Shown here: piece after piece, positions 41,887 to 64,000 of the stretch
Numbering within the stretch: position 1 is the stretch's first letter
Layout of the letters: every line of letters begins with the position of its first letter
Assembly: GCA_002269645.1 (NCBI GenBank)
Contig: NIVC01000841.1
Coordinates: 186,001 to 250,000, forward strand
Direction: 5' to 3'
From: Macrostomum lignano
Lineage: Eukaryota
DNA: 64,000 bases
Notes under the pieces: model-generated
The model's input: only the letters and a program-made list of their open reading frames with translations
The model's database searches: none
What the model was told of the DNA's origin: nothing
Translations under genes and position numbers: made by a program

Positions 41887-44800
41887 AAGAGACAAGAGAT
41901 GAGATAAGAGAGATGAAAGAGAAGAGAGATGAGGGAAGATACGAGAGAAGAGGGGAGAGAGGAGAGAGGAGAGAGCCTCAGAGAGGAGAGACGAGGGACG
42001 AGAAAGATGAGAGGAAACAAAGAGACGATAGAAATTTTAAAGGATCCAAGGGACGTAGGGAGAGTCAGGGAGAGACCAGAGTTTAGCAATATATGTTTTA
42101 GAGTCAGACAGACATTGCCTGACATTCTGCGCAGTACCCCAGCCAACAATGTCTCAAACCCTAATTTTACACGAATGTGCTCCATTTTATGTCTACCTCT
42201 ATCCTACTAACTATTAACAAGTTTTTGTTTGTGTATGGCCTTAGATTTCAGAATACATGCAAAAGTAGTTCCGGGTATTGGAATTCCCCGGGTTCAAAAT
42301 CCGCGGGTTTCAACAGCTTGTTAAATATAATAAAAATGCACAACCTAAGCATATACAAGCACACACCCAAAGCACAACCCTGTTGACATCATATTTACAA
42401 AGCCCCTTAAATTATTATACAATCCCAAACTCAAACACACGCCCATCCATAAGCACAACCCTTTGAACACTGCCACAAACACAGTACCATAAACACAGTA
42501 CCCTAAACACTGTGCCATAAACACAGTACCATAAACACAGTACCATAAAACAATGCCATAAACACAGACCATATAAACACTAATAATTAAACCAAACCAA
42601 TACGCTTGTTCACCGCCAACCCTACCAGGCCGCCCGGCAGCCAGCAGATAAACCAAGCGGGGATATCATTCCTAATCGTCATCATAGTGGTGTGCGCCAT
42701 CGTTATTATAGTCCTCGCTGTCCTGCTGTTTTACTTTGCCAATCGATCGCCCGCTAAAACTTATCGCCTCGAAGAGAAAGAGATTCACCAAGGTCACGAT
42801 CCCAGAGCGGAGGCGAGAGACGAAAAGTTCAAGGAGTACCAGAGAGCTGAAGCTCGGGACGGATGGCCTGGCGGCTTCGCTAATGTCGCATTTACAGGTG
42901 AGCTGGGGGTAATGGGGATCTGGATTTCTCAGGGTTCTCAGATTCTTAGAATGTGGGGAATCCTAGAGGTGTGGGATTCTTAGAATGTGGGGAATCCTAG
43001 AGGTGTGGGATTCTTAGAGTGTGGGGAATCCTAAAGGTGTGAGATTCTTAGAATGTGGGGAATCCTACAGGTGTGAGATTCTTAGAATATGGGAAATTCT
43101 AGAGGTGTGGGATTCTTAGAATGTAGGAAATTCTAGAGGTGTGGGATTCTTAGAATGTAGGAAATTCTAGAGGTGTGGGATTCTTAGAATGTAGGAAATT
43201 CTAGAGGTGTGGGATTCTTAGAATGTGGGAAATTCTAGAGGTGTGGGATTATTAGAATATGGGAAATTCTAGAGGTGTGGGATTCTTAGAATATGGGAAA
43301 TTCTAGAGGTGTGGGATTCTTAGAATATGGGAAATTCTAGAGGTGTGGGATTCTTAGAATGTGGGAAATTCTAGAGGTGTGGGATTGTTAGAATGTGGGA
43401 ACTTCTAGAGGTGTGGGATTCTTAGAATGTGGGAAATTCTAGAGGTGTGGGATTCTTAGAATGTGGGAAATTCTAGAGGTGTGGGATTATTAGAATATGA
43501 GAAATTCTAGAGGTGTGGGATTCTTAGAATGTGGGGAATCCTACAGGTGTGGGATTCTTAGAATGTGGGAAATTCTAGAGGTGTGGGATTCTTAGAATAT
43601 GAGAAATTCTAGAGGTGTGGGATTCTTAGAATGTGGGAAATTCTAGAGGTGTGGGATTGTTAGAATGTGGGAACTTCTAGAGGTGTGGGATTCTTAGAAT
43701 GTGGGAAATTCTAGAGGTGTGGGATTCTTAGAATGTGGGGAATCCTACAGGTGTGGGATTCTTAGAATGTGGGAAATTCTAGAGGTGTGGGATTCTTAGA
43801 ATATGAGAAATTCTAGAGGTGTGGGATTCTTAGAATGTGGGGAATCCTAAAGGTGTGGGATTGTTAGAATGTGGGAACTTCTAGAGGTGTGGGATTCTTA
43901 GAATATGAGAAATTCTAGAGGTGTGGGATTCTTAGAATGTGGGAAATTCTAGAGGTGTGGGATTCTTAGAATGTGGGAAATTCTAGAGGTGTGGGATTAT
44001 TAGAATATGGGAAATTCTAGAGGTATGGGATTCTTAGAATGTGGGGAATCCTACAGGTGTGGGATTCTTAGAATGTGGGAAATTCTAGAGGTGTGGGATT
44101 CTTAGAATATGAGAAATTCTACAGGTGTGGGATTCTTAGAATGTGGGAAATTCTAGAGGTGTGGGATTGTTAGAATGTGGGAACTTCTAGAGGTGTGGGA
44201 TTCTTAGAATATGAGAAATTCTAGAGGTGTGGGATTCTTAGAATATGAGAAATTCTAGAGGTGTGGGATTCTTAGAATGTGGGAAATTCTAGAGGTGTGG
44301 GATTATTAGAATATGGGAAATTCTAGAGGTGTGGGATTCTTAGAATGTGGGGAATCCTACAGGTGTGGGATTCTTAGAATGTGGAAAATTCTAGAGGTGT
44401 GGGATTCTTAGAATGTGGGAAATTCTAGAGGTGTGGGATTGTTAGAATGTGGGAACTTCTAGAGGTGTGGGATTCTTAGAATATGAGAAATTCTAGAGGT
44501 GTGGGATTCTTAGAATGTGGGAAATTCTAGAGGTGTGGGATTCTTAGAATGTGGGAAATTCTAGAGGTGTGGGATTATTAGAATATGGGAAATTCTAGAG
44601 GTATGGGATTCTTAGAATGTGGGGAATCCTACAGGTGTGGGATTCTTAGAATGTGGGAAATTCTAGAGGTGTGGGATTCTTAGAATATGAGAAATTCTAG
44701 AGGTGTGGGATTCTTAGAATGTGGGAAATTCTAGAGGTGTGGGATTGTTAGAATGTGGGAACTTCTAGAGGTGTGGGATTCTTAGAATATGAGAAATTCT

Positions 44801-45950
44801 AGAGGTGTGGGATTCTTAGAATGTGGGGAATCCTACAGGTGTGGGATTCTTAGAATGTGGGAACTTCTAGAGGTGTGGGATTCTTAGAATATGAGAAATT
44901 CTAGAGGTGTGGGATTCTTAGAATGTGGGAAATTCTAGAGGTGTGGGATTGTTAGAATGTGGGATTCTTAGAATATGAGAAATTCTAGAGGTGTGGGATT
45001 CTTAGAATGTGGGAAATTCTAGAGGTGTGGGATTCTTAGAATGTGGGAAATTCTAGAGGTGTGGGATTCTTAGAATGTGGGAAATTCTAGAGGTGTGGGA
45101 TTATTAGAATATGGGAAATTCTAGAGGTGTGGGATTCTTAGAATATGGGAAATTCTAGAGGTGTGGGATTCTTAGAATGTGGGAAATTCTAGAGGTGTGG
45201 GATTGTTAGAATGTGGGAACTTCTAGAGGTGTGGGATTCTTAGAATATGAGAAATTCTAGAGGTGTGGGATTCTTAGAATGTGGGAAATTCTAGAGGTGT
45301 GGGATTCTTAGAATGTGGGAAATTCTAGAGGTGTGGGATTCTTAGAATATGGGAAATTCTAGAGGTGTGGGATTCTTAGAATGTGGGAAATTCTAGAGGT
45401 GTGGGATTCTTAGAATATGGGAAATTCTAGAGGTGTGGGATTCTTAGAATGTGGGAAATTCTAGAGGTGTGGGATTCTTAGAATGTAGGAAATTCTAGAG
45501 GTGTGGGATTCTTAGAATGTGGGAAATTCTAGAGGTGTGGGATTCTTAGAATGTAGGAAATTCTAGAGGTGTGGGATTCTTAGAATGTGGGAAATTCTAG
45601 AGGTGTGGGATTATTAGAATATGGGAAATTCTAGAGGTGTGGGATTCTTAGAATATGGGAAATTCTAGAGGTGTGGGATTCTTAGAATGTTGGAAATTCT
45701 AGAGGTGTGGGATTCTTAGAATGTAGGAAATTTTAGAGGTGTGGGATTCTTAGAATGTAGGAAATTCTAGAGGTGTGGGATTCTTAGAATGTGAAGAATA
45801 CTAGAGGTGTGGGATTCTTAGAGTATTAAGAATCGAAGTGTCTGAAATGGATTATGTTAGTTTTCTAATAATTTAAACAACATTTTTTCAGCCAGCTCAG
45901 GTCAAATCAATTTCGCTGCACACCAGGGCACTCGAGAATCGGATCTCTGA
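34851..45950 (+). CDS. Orphan type I membrane protein with signal peptide, about 3 Ig-like domains, one TM helix and a C-terminal class I PDZ-binding motif (ESDL); 914 aa, 6 exons
   Basis: Exons 34851-35116, 36264-37376, 38083-38397, 38871-39593, 42629-42897, 45892-45950 (2745 nt, phases 2/2/2/2/1). Hydrophobic N-terminus ALVVWLLLLKLIPC; Ig-like C...GVYRC and YTC...FVCEV pairs; TM ISFLIVIIVVCAIVIIVLAVLLFYF. Confidence 0.8.
35260..36210. repeat. 25-bp minisatellite ACAACACCGAAAGACACAAACCCTC (Ig gene intron 1)
   Basis: Direct reading. Confidence 0.93.
37470..38050. repeat. 34-35-bp minisatellite CACTAAAAAGGTAGCAATACCCATTAATAAAGTAC (Ig gene intron 2)
   Basis: Direct reading. Confidence 0.94.
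38420..38835. repeat. Degenerate GTAGAGTAGAAGGGTAGATTCTAGG repeat (Ig gene intron 3)
   Basis: Direct reading. Confidence 0.8.
39633..39850. repeat. 69-bp AT-rich repeat, 3+ copies (Ig gene intron 4)
   Basis: CTACTTA(C/T)AGTAA recurs at 39633, 39702, 39771, 39840. Confidence 0.9.
39878..40400 (+). mobile_element. Helitron/HINE-like 5' segment with (TCTG)n microsatellite
   Basis: A|TCTCTAACTATAAAA start followed by (TCTG)n at ~39900-39930, the layout of non-autonomous Helitron-like repeats; right boundary approximate. Confidence 0.35.
41059..42060. mobile_element. hAT-like left end followed by a ~0.9 kb GA-rich low-complexity tract (Ig gene intron 4)
   Basis: CAGGGATGGGCAGACT at 41059-41074; purine tract 41125-42060 includes (GA)n at ~41830-41882. 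Confidence 0.4.
42475..42580. repeat. Short ACAGTACCATAAAC repeat before the TM exon
   Basis: Direct reading. Confidence 0.75.
42945..45820. repeat. 34-bp minisatellite GGGATTCTTAGAATGTGGGAAATTCTAGAGGTGT, about 85 copies (Ig gene intron 5)
   Basis: Direct reading. Confidence 0.97.
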
Positions 45951-46207
45951 GAATTTGACTGCAATGCGAGCGTGTAATGTTTGCTTAATACAAATTCCAA
46001 GTCTATCTGCTAGTCCGGGGGATGAGGGAAGAGAGTAGAGAGAGAAAAGATAAGAGGAGAGTGGAGAGAAGAGAAAAGTGGAAGAGGGTAAAGAGAGGAG
46101 AGGAGATAAGAGGGGAGAGACGAGAGGAGAGGAGAGGCGAGAGAAAAGAGATGAGAAGAGACACCAACCTTGAGCAGGCCAGATTGCTATTGTGAAGTTT
46201 TAAAGGG

Positions 46208-46257
46208 CCCGAGGGCCGGATAGAGAGGCTCCGCGAGCCGCAGTCTGCAGACCCCAA
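46208..46257. mobile_element. Degenerate right end of the same hAT-like family, preceded by a GA-rich tract
   Basis: CGAGGGCCGGATAGAGAGGCT...GCAGTCTGCAGACCCC, similar to 8498-8551. Confidence 0.4.
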
Positions 46258-46579
46258 TAGTAGCCCAGCAGCTTTACTTTTTAAAACTGCATTTAAAGTT
46301 TCAAGTAAACTTTATTTAAAGTAAATTTAAAACTGGCGTTTCTGATCTGATCTAATAGGCATTCCAATAGCAGTTTTATACCAGCAAATATTTAATTGTT
46401 GAATTACGCCAGAATTTAACTTTTTTGAAATTTCTGTAAAATAAGTGTACTTATCTTTTTTATTGCCAAATAAGATTATTCACTTTATAGCACTAAAAGT
46501 TTTCCAAATGAGCAAGCACTTTTACTGTCGTCACAGCTGGTCTGGCCATGAAGAATCACCTCTTTATTGCCCCTGGCCC

Positions 46580-47900
46580 CCTGAGAATCGCTCCTTTATC
46601 GCCTCTGAGAATCGCCCTGAGAATCACCCCGTTATCGCCTCTGAGAATCGCCCTGAGAATCGCCCTGAGAATCGCCCCTTTATCGCCTCTGAGAATCGCC
46701 CTGAGAATCACCCCTTTATCGCCTCTGAGAATCGCCCTGAGAATCGCCCCTTTATCGCCTCTGAGAATCGCCCTGAGAATCACCCCTTTATCGCCTCTGA
46801 GAATCGCCCTGAGAATCACCCCGTTATCGCCTCTGAGAATCGCCCTGAGAATCACCCCGTTATCGCCTCTGAGAATCGCCCTGAAAATCGCCTCTGAGAA
46901 TCGCCCTGAGAATCGCCCCTTTATCGCCTCTGAGAATCGCCCTGAGAATCACCCCTTTATCGCCTCTGAGAATCGCCCTGAGAATCGCCCCTTTATCGCC
47001 TCTGAGAATCGCCCTGAGAATCACCCCTTTATCGCCTCTGAGAATCGCCCTGAGAATCGCCCCTTTATCGCCTCTGAGAATCGCCCTGAGAATCACCCCG
47101 TTATCGCCTCTGAGAATCGCCCTGAGAATCACCCCGTTATCGCCTCTGAGAATCGCCCTGAAAATCGCCTCTGAGAATCGCCCTGAGAATCGCCCCGTTA
47201 TCGCCTCTGAGAATCGCCCTGAGAATCACCCCGTTATCGCCTCTGAGAATCGCCCTGAGAATCACCCCGTTATCGCCTCTGAGAATCGCCCTGAGAATCA
47301 CCCCGTTATCGTCTCTGAGAATCGCCCTGAAAATCGCCTTTGAGAATCGCCCTGAGAATCGCCCTGAGAATCACCCCGTTATCGCCTCTGAGAATCGCGC
47401 TGAGAATCGCCTCAGAATCGCCCCTTTATCGCCTCTGAGAATCGCCCTGAGAATCGCCCCTTTATCGCCTCTGAGAATCGCCCTGAGAATCACCCCGTTA
47501 TCGCCTCTGTGAATCGCCCTGAGAATCGCCCCTTTATCGCCTCTGAGAATCGCCCTGAGAATTGCCCCTTTATCGCCTTGAGAATCATCCCGTTATCGCC
47601 TCTGAGGATCGCCCTGAAAAACGCCCCTTTATCGCACATGAGAATCGCCCTGAGAAACGCCTCTGAGACCCTGAGAATCGCCCCTTTATCGCCTCTGAGA
47701 ATCGCCCTGAGAATTGCCCCTTTACGAGTATCGCCTCTGAGAATCGCCCTGAAAAACGCCTCCGAGAATCGCCCTGAGAATCGCCCCTTTATCGCCTCTG
47801 AGAATCGCCCTAAGAATCACCCTGAGAATCGCCCGTTTATCGCCCTGAGAATCTCCCCTTTATCGTCTCTGAGAATCGCCCCAAGAATCACCCCGAGAAT
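46580..47900. repeat. Composite CTGAGAATCGCC-based minisatellite (12-bp subunit, ~34-bp higher-order unit)
   Basis: Direct reading. Confidence 0.95.
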
Positions 47901-48389
47901 CGCCTCATTTGTTCTGCTCTCAGTAGTTGACTGAAGGTTGGCTTGACTAATTTATAGGAAAATGCATTCCAAAAACTGAATTTGCACAAATATTTCCTAG
48001 TTGGCTTATTTTTTAAAATCTAATTGCTGGTACCGAAGTAATTACAGAAATGTTGTTTTTTGCATTCTTTGGTTTACTATTATTTTGAAAACTTGAGTCT
48101 CATTTTGGCGTGCAATATTAAAAAACTCTACAAATGCCTTTTGGTTTTATTTATTATTTATTAAGTATGTTCACGAGTGTTGATTTGTTATAATTTTGCA
48201 TTCAATTCCGTTTGATTTATGATAAATATATATTTCAATATTATTAATAAATATATATACACAAATATTCGTACGATTTGCTTATCGATTTTCTGTCAAC
48301 TCGCGTTTTATCGATTGTCAGATTGATAATTTGACAGCTAATGGTGCTTGTTGTTTGTTTGATTTCTTACTAATTATTGTTTGCCCGAC

Positions 48390-49078
48390 ACTGCCACAGA
48401 ACTGCACTCGGCCATAGACAATAAAGCCAATCAAAGCCACTGCCACAGAACTGCACTCGGCCATAGACAATAAAGCCAATCAAAGCCACTGCCACAGAAC
48501 TGCACTCGGCCATAGACAATAAAGCCAATCAAAGCCACTGCCACAGAACTGCACTCGGCCATAGACAATAAAGCCAATCAAAGCCACTGCCACAGAACTG
48601 CACTCGGCCATAGACAATAAAGCCAATCAAAGCCACTGCCACAGAACTGCACTCGGCCATAGACAATAAAGCCAATCAAAGCCACTGCCACAGAACTGCA
48701 CTCGGCCATAGACAATAAAGCCAATCAAAGCCACTGTCACAGAACTGCACTCGGCCATAGACAATAAAGCCAATCAAAGCCACTGCCACAGAACTGCACT
48801 CGGCCATAGACAATAAAGCCAATCAAAGCCACTGCCACAGAACTGCACTCGGCCATAGACAATAAAGCCAATCAAAGCCACTGCCACAGAACTGCACTCG
48901 GCCATAGACAATAAAGCCAATCAAAGCCACTGCCACAGAACTGCACTCGGCCATAGACAATAAAGCCAATCAAAGCCACTGCCACAGAACTGCACTCGGC
49001 CATAGACAATAAAGCCAATCAAAGCCACTGCCACAGAACTGCTCTAGGCCATAGACAATAAAGCCAATCAAAGCCACA
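48390..49078. repeat. Near-perfect 49-bp tandem array, 14 copies, each containing GCCAATCA
   Basis: ACTGCCACAGAACTGCACTCGGCCATAGACAATAAAGCCAATCAAAGCC; period 49 (48391 to 48440). Confidence 0.97.
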
Positions 49079-49664
49079 GAAATGCGCTCGGGAAGCAAAA
49101 AATGTCCTAGTATCACTTTAGCCTATAGGATTTCAATTAAGAAGATTAAAATACATATTATTAAACTAAATTTGAATCGCTGCGTAATGTCTCCTTGCAT
49201 TCTACTATGAGTAGGTGTAAATATTTTAAAAAGTTTTTATTGAATCGCTAATCGGATGAATTAAGTAGCAAAAATAATTTTATGCTATACGCATAGCTGC
49301 TCTCAGTTTTGAATACTGACTCCTTTATGTGCTGAGCAAATAAATTTATATTGCAGATGTTAGGGAATGATAAGCTGCAGTCATATTGACCGATTGGATA
49401 TCTCATTTATTATTCTCAAAAACTGGCTGCATTAGGTTGCTAATTAAAAGCAACCAGGGATGGGGAAGAAGGGGGGAGGGGTTGATGCTGATGGGGATGC
49501 GCGCCTTTTGGGGGTAAATTTTGGAACAAAATTATAACCACTAGTTGACTGCGCAATACACAGTTAGTCGGAGAACTGTTCGAGAGATGCTTTTGACTTG
49601 CCCGGGAGAATCAACTCTGAAAACTGTACGTCCCGAGAGGATCTCGATTTTAACTTGTCCAAGG

Positions 49665-49840
49665 GAATATCCTCTGTGAACTGTCCGAGAGACTCGTCTT
49701 TGTGTACCGTCCGAGAGAATCATCTCTGTGAACTGTCCGAGAGAATCATCTCTGTGAACTGTCCGAGAGAATCATCTCTGTGAACTGTCCGAGAGAATCA
49801 TCTCTGTGAACTGTCCGAGACGATCTGTAAACTGTCCGAG
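49665..49840. repeat. 26-bp repeat ATCATCTCTGTGAACTGTCCGAGAGA immediately upstream of the TRPM ATG
   Basis: Direct reading. Confidence 0.85.
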
Positions 49841-49855
49841 ACACTCGACACTGAT

Positions 49856-60978
<11,123 letters not shown>

Positions 60979-61089
60979 GTGAGTAGGCTGAGATGGCTTT
61001 TATGAAATTGGAACTTTTTAATTACCGACTTTTTGCTTTACTGACGATGGGTATTCCAATAAATCAGTTTGTATTGAGTAAATAATTAT

Positions 61090-64000
61090 TTTAGCACCAT
61101 TCCTGAACAGATATTTTGGCGCCACTACCGAACAGATATTTTGGCGCCACTACCGAACAGATATTTTGGCGCCACTACTGAACAGATATTTTAGCGCCAT
61201 TTACTGAACAGATATTTTAGCGCCACTACTGAACAGATATTTTGGCGCCACTACTGAACAGATATTTTGGCGCCACTACTGAACAGATATTTTGGCGCCA
61301 CTACCGAACAGATATTTTGGCGCCACTACTGAACAGATATTTTGGCGCCACTACTGAACAGATATTTGGCGCCACTACTGAACAGATATTTTGGCGCCAC
61401 TACTGAACAGATTTTTAGCGCCATTCCTGAACAGATTGTTAGCGCCACTACTGAACAGATATTTGGCGCCACTACCGAACAGATATTTTGGCGCCACTAC
61501 CGAACAGATATTTTAGCGCCACTACCGAACAGATATTTTGGCGCCACTACCGAACAGATTTTTAGCGCCACTACCGAACAGATATTTTGGCGCCACTACC
61601 GAACAGATATTTTGGCGCCACTACTGAACAGATATTTTAGCGCCACTACTGAACAGATATTTTGGCGCCACTACTGAACAGATATTTTGGCGCCACAACC
61701 AAATAAATATTTTGGCGCCACTACCGAACAGATATTTTAGCGCCATTCCTGAACAGATATTTTGGCGCCACTACTGAACAGATATTTTAGCGCCATTCCT
61801 GAACAGATATTTTGGCGCCACTACTGAACAGATATTTGGCGCCACTACTGAACAGATATTTTAGCGCCATTCCTGAACAGATATTTTGGCGCCACTACTG
61901 AACAGATATTTTGGCGCCACTACCGAACAGATATTTTAGCGCCACTACCGAACAGATATTTTGGCGCCACTACCGAACAGATATTTTGGCGCCACTACCG
62001 AACAGATATTTTGGCGCCACTACCGAACAGATATTTTGGCGCCACTACTGAACAGATATTTTAGCGCCATTTACTGAACAGATATTTTAGCGCCACTACT
62101 GAACAGATATTTTGGCGCCACTACTGAACAGATATTTTGGCGCCACTACTGAACAGATATTTTGGCGCCACTACCGAACAGATATTTTGGCGCCACTACT
62201 GAACAGATATTTTGGCGCCACTACTGAACAGATATTTGGCGCCACTACTGAACAGATATTTGGCGCCACTACTGAACAGATATTTTAGCGCCATTCCTGA
62301 ACAGATATTTTGGCGCCACTACTGAACAGATATTTTGGCGCCACTACCGAACAGATATTTTAGCGCCACTACCGAACAGATATTTTGGCGCCACTACCGA
62401 ACAGATATTTTGGCGCCACTACCGAACAGATATTTTGGCGCCACTACCGAACAGATATTTTGGCGCCACTACTGAACAGATATTTTAGCGCCATTTACTG
62501 AACAGATATTTTAGCGCCACTACTGAACAGATATTTTGGCGCCACTACTGAACAGATATTTTGGCGCCACTACTGAACAGATATTTTGGCGCCACTACCG
62601 AACAGATATTTTAGCGCCACTACCGAACAGATATTTTGGCGCCACTACTGAACAGATATTTGGCGCCACTACTGAACAGATATTTTAGCGCCATTCCTGA
62701 ACAGATATTTTGGCGCCACTACTGAACAGATATTTGGCGCCACTACTGAACAGATATTTTAGCGCCATTCCTGAACAGATATTTTGGCGCCACTACTGAA
62801 CAGATATTTTGGCGCCACTACCGAACAGATATTTTAGCGCCACTACCGAACAGATATTTTGGCGCCACTACCGAACAGATATTTTGGCGCCACTACCGAA
62901 CAGATATTTTGGCGCCACTACCGAACAGATATTTTGGCGCCACTACTGAACAGATATTTTAGCGCCATTTACTGAACAGATATTTTAGCGCCACTACTGA
63001 ACAGATATTTTGGCGCCACTACTGAACAGATATTTTGGCGCCACTACTGAACAGATATTTTGGCGCCACTACCGAACAGATATTTTGGCGCCACTACTGA
63101 ACAGATATTTTGGCGCCACTACTGAACAGATATTTGGCGCCACTACTGAACAGATATTTGGCGCCACTACTGAACAGATATTTTAGCGCCATTCCTGAAC
63201 AGATATTTTGGCGCCACTACTGAACAGATATTTTGGCGCCACTACCGAACAGATATTTTAGCGCCACTACCGAACAGATATTTTGGCGCCACTACCGAAC
63301 AGATATTTTGGCGCCACTACCGAACAGATATTTTGGCGCCACTACCGAACAGATATTTTGGCGCCACTACTGAACAGATATTTTAGCGCCATTTACTGAA
63401 CAGATATTTTAGCGCCACTACTGAACAGATATTTTGGCGCCACTACTGAACAGATATTTTGGCGCCACTACTGAACAGATATTTTGGCGCCACTACCGAA
63501 CAGATATTTTGGCGCCACTACTGAACAGATATTTTGGCGCCACTACTGAACAGATATTTGGCGCCACTACTGAACAGATATTTTGGCGCCACTACTGAAC
63601 AGATTTTTAGCGCCATTCCTGAACAGATTGTTAGCGCCACTACTGAACAGATATTTGGCGCCACTACCGAACAGATATTTTGGCGCCACTACCGAACAGA
63701 TATTTTAGCGCCACTACCGAACAGATATTTTGGCGCCACTACCGAACAGATTTTTAGCGCCACTACCGAACAGATATTTTGGCGCCACTACCGAACAGAT
63801 ATTTTGGCGCCACTACTGAACAGATATTTTAGCGCCACTACTGAACAGATATTTTGGCGCCACTACTGAACAGATATTTTGGCGCCACAACCAAATAAAT
63901 ATTTTGGCGCCACTACCGAACAGATATTTTAGCGCCATTCCTGAACAGATATTTTGGCGCCACTACTGAACAGATATTTTAGCGCCATTCCTGAACAGAT
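61090..64000. repeat. 25-bp minisatellite TTTTGGCGCCACTACTGAACAGATA, more than 2.9 kb, runs off the window (TRPM intron 15)
   Basis: Direct reading. Confidence 0.97.

Noticed and set aside
41059-46257. Composite hAT transposon enclosing the TM and tail exons of the Ig-like gene
   Set aside because: The ends match only partially and the flanks (TTTCCAAG versus TAGTAGCC) are not a TSD; more likely two separate fragments.
48390-49078. CRISPR-like regular array
   Set aside because: Head-to-tail identical units with no unique spacers, a eukaryotic context and no cas genes; the same applies to all other arrays.

Overview
Eukaryotic, intron-rich genomic DNA: GT-AG introns, GC-rich exons and AT-rich spacers. 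The pattern (a different minisatellite in almost every long intron, Gly/Gln-rich GC-rich exons, splice acceptors just ahead of start codons) suggests a free-living flatworm such as Macrostomum lignano; this is inference, not verified. By walking splice sites and reading phase by hand I reconstructed seven genes: a minus-strand orphan first exon running off the left edge; PPP1R32/SAXO4 (minus, 6 exons); TFG (plus, 4 exons); a BTB-BACK-Kelch gene (plus, 4 exons, no in-frame ATG ahead of the BTB domain); a 12-TM MFS transporter (plus, 14 exons); an orphan Ig-like type I membrane protein (plus, 6 exons); and a TRPM-type channel with ankyrin repeats fused N-terminal to its SLOG/MHR region (plus, at least 15 exons, runs off the right edge). 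There are about 45 tandem arrays plus several MITE/hAT/Helitron fragments, and most long ORFs in the supplied track are repeat artefacts. Strongest leads: (1) the ankyrin-TRPM chimera; (2) tandem arrays in and upstream of that gene built from transcription-factor consensus sites (RFX X-box, ETS, CCAAT, POU4-like); (3) a Kelch gene that may take its initiator AUG from the flatworm spliced leader. All alignments were by eye; no searches were run.
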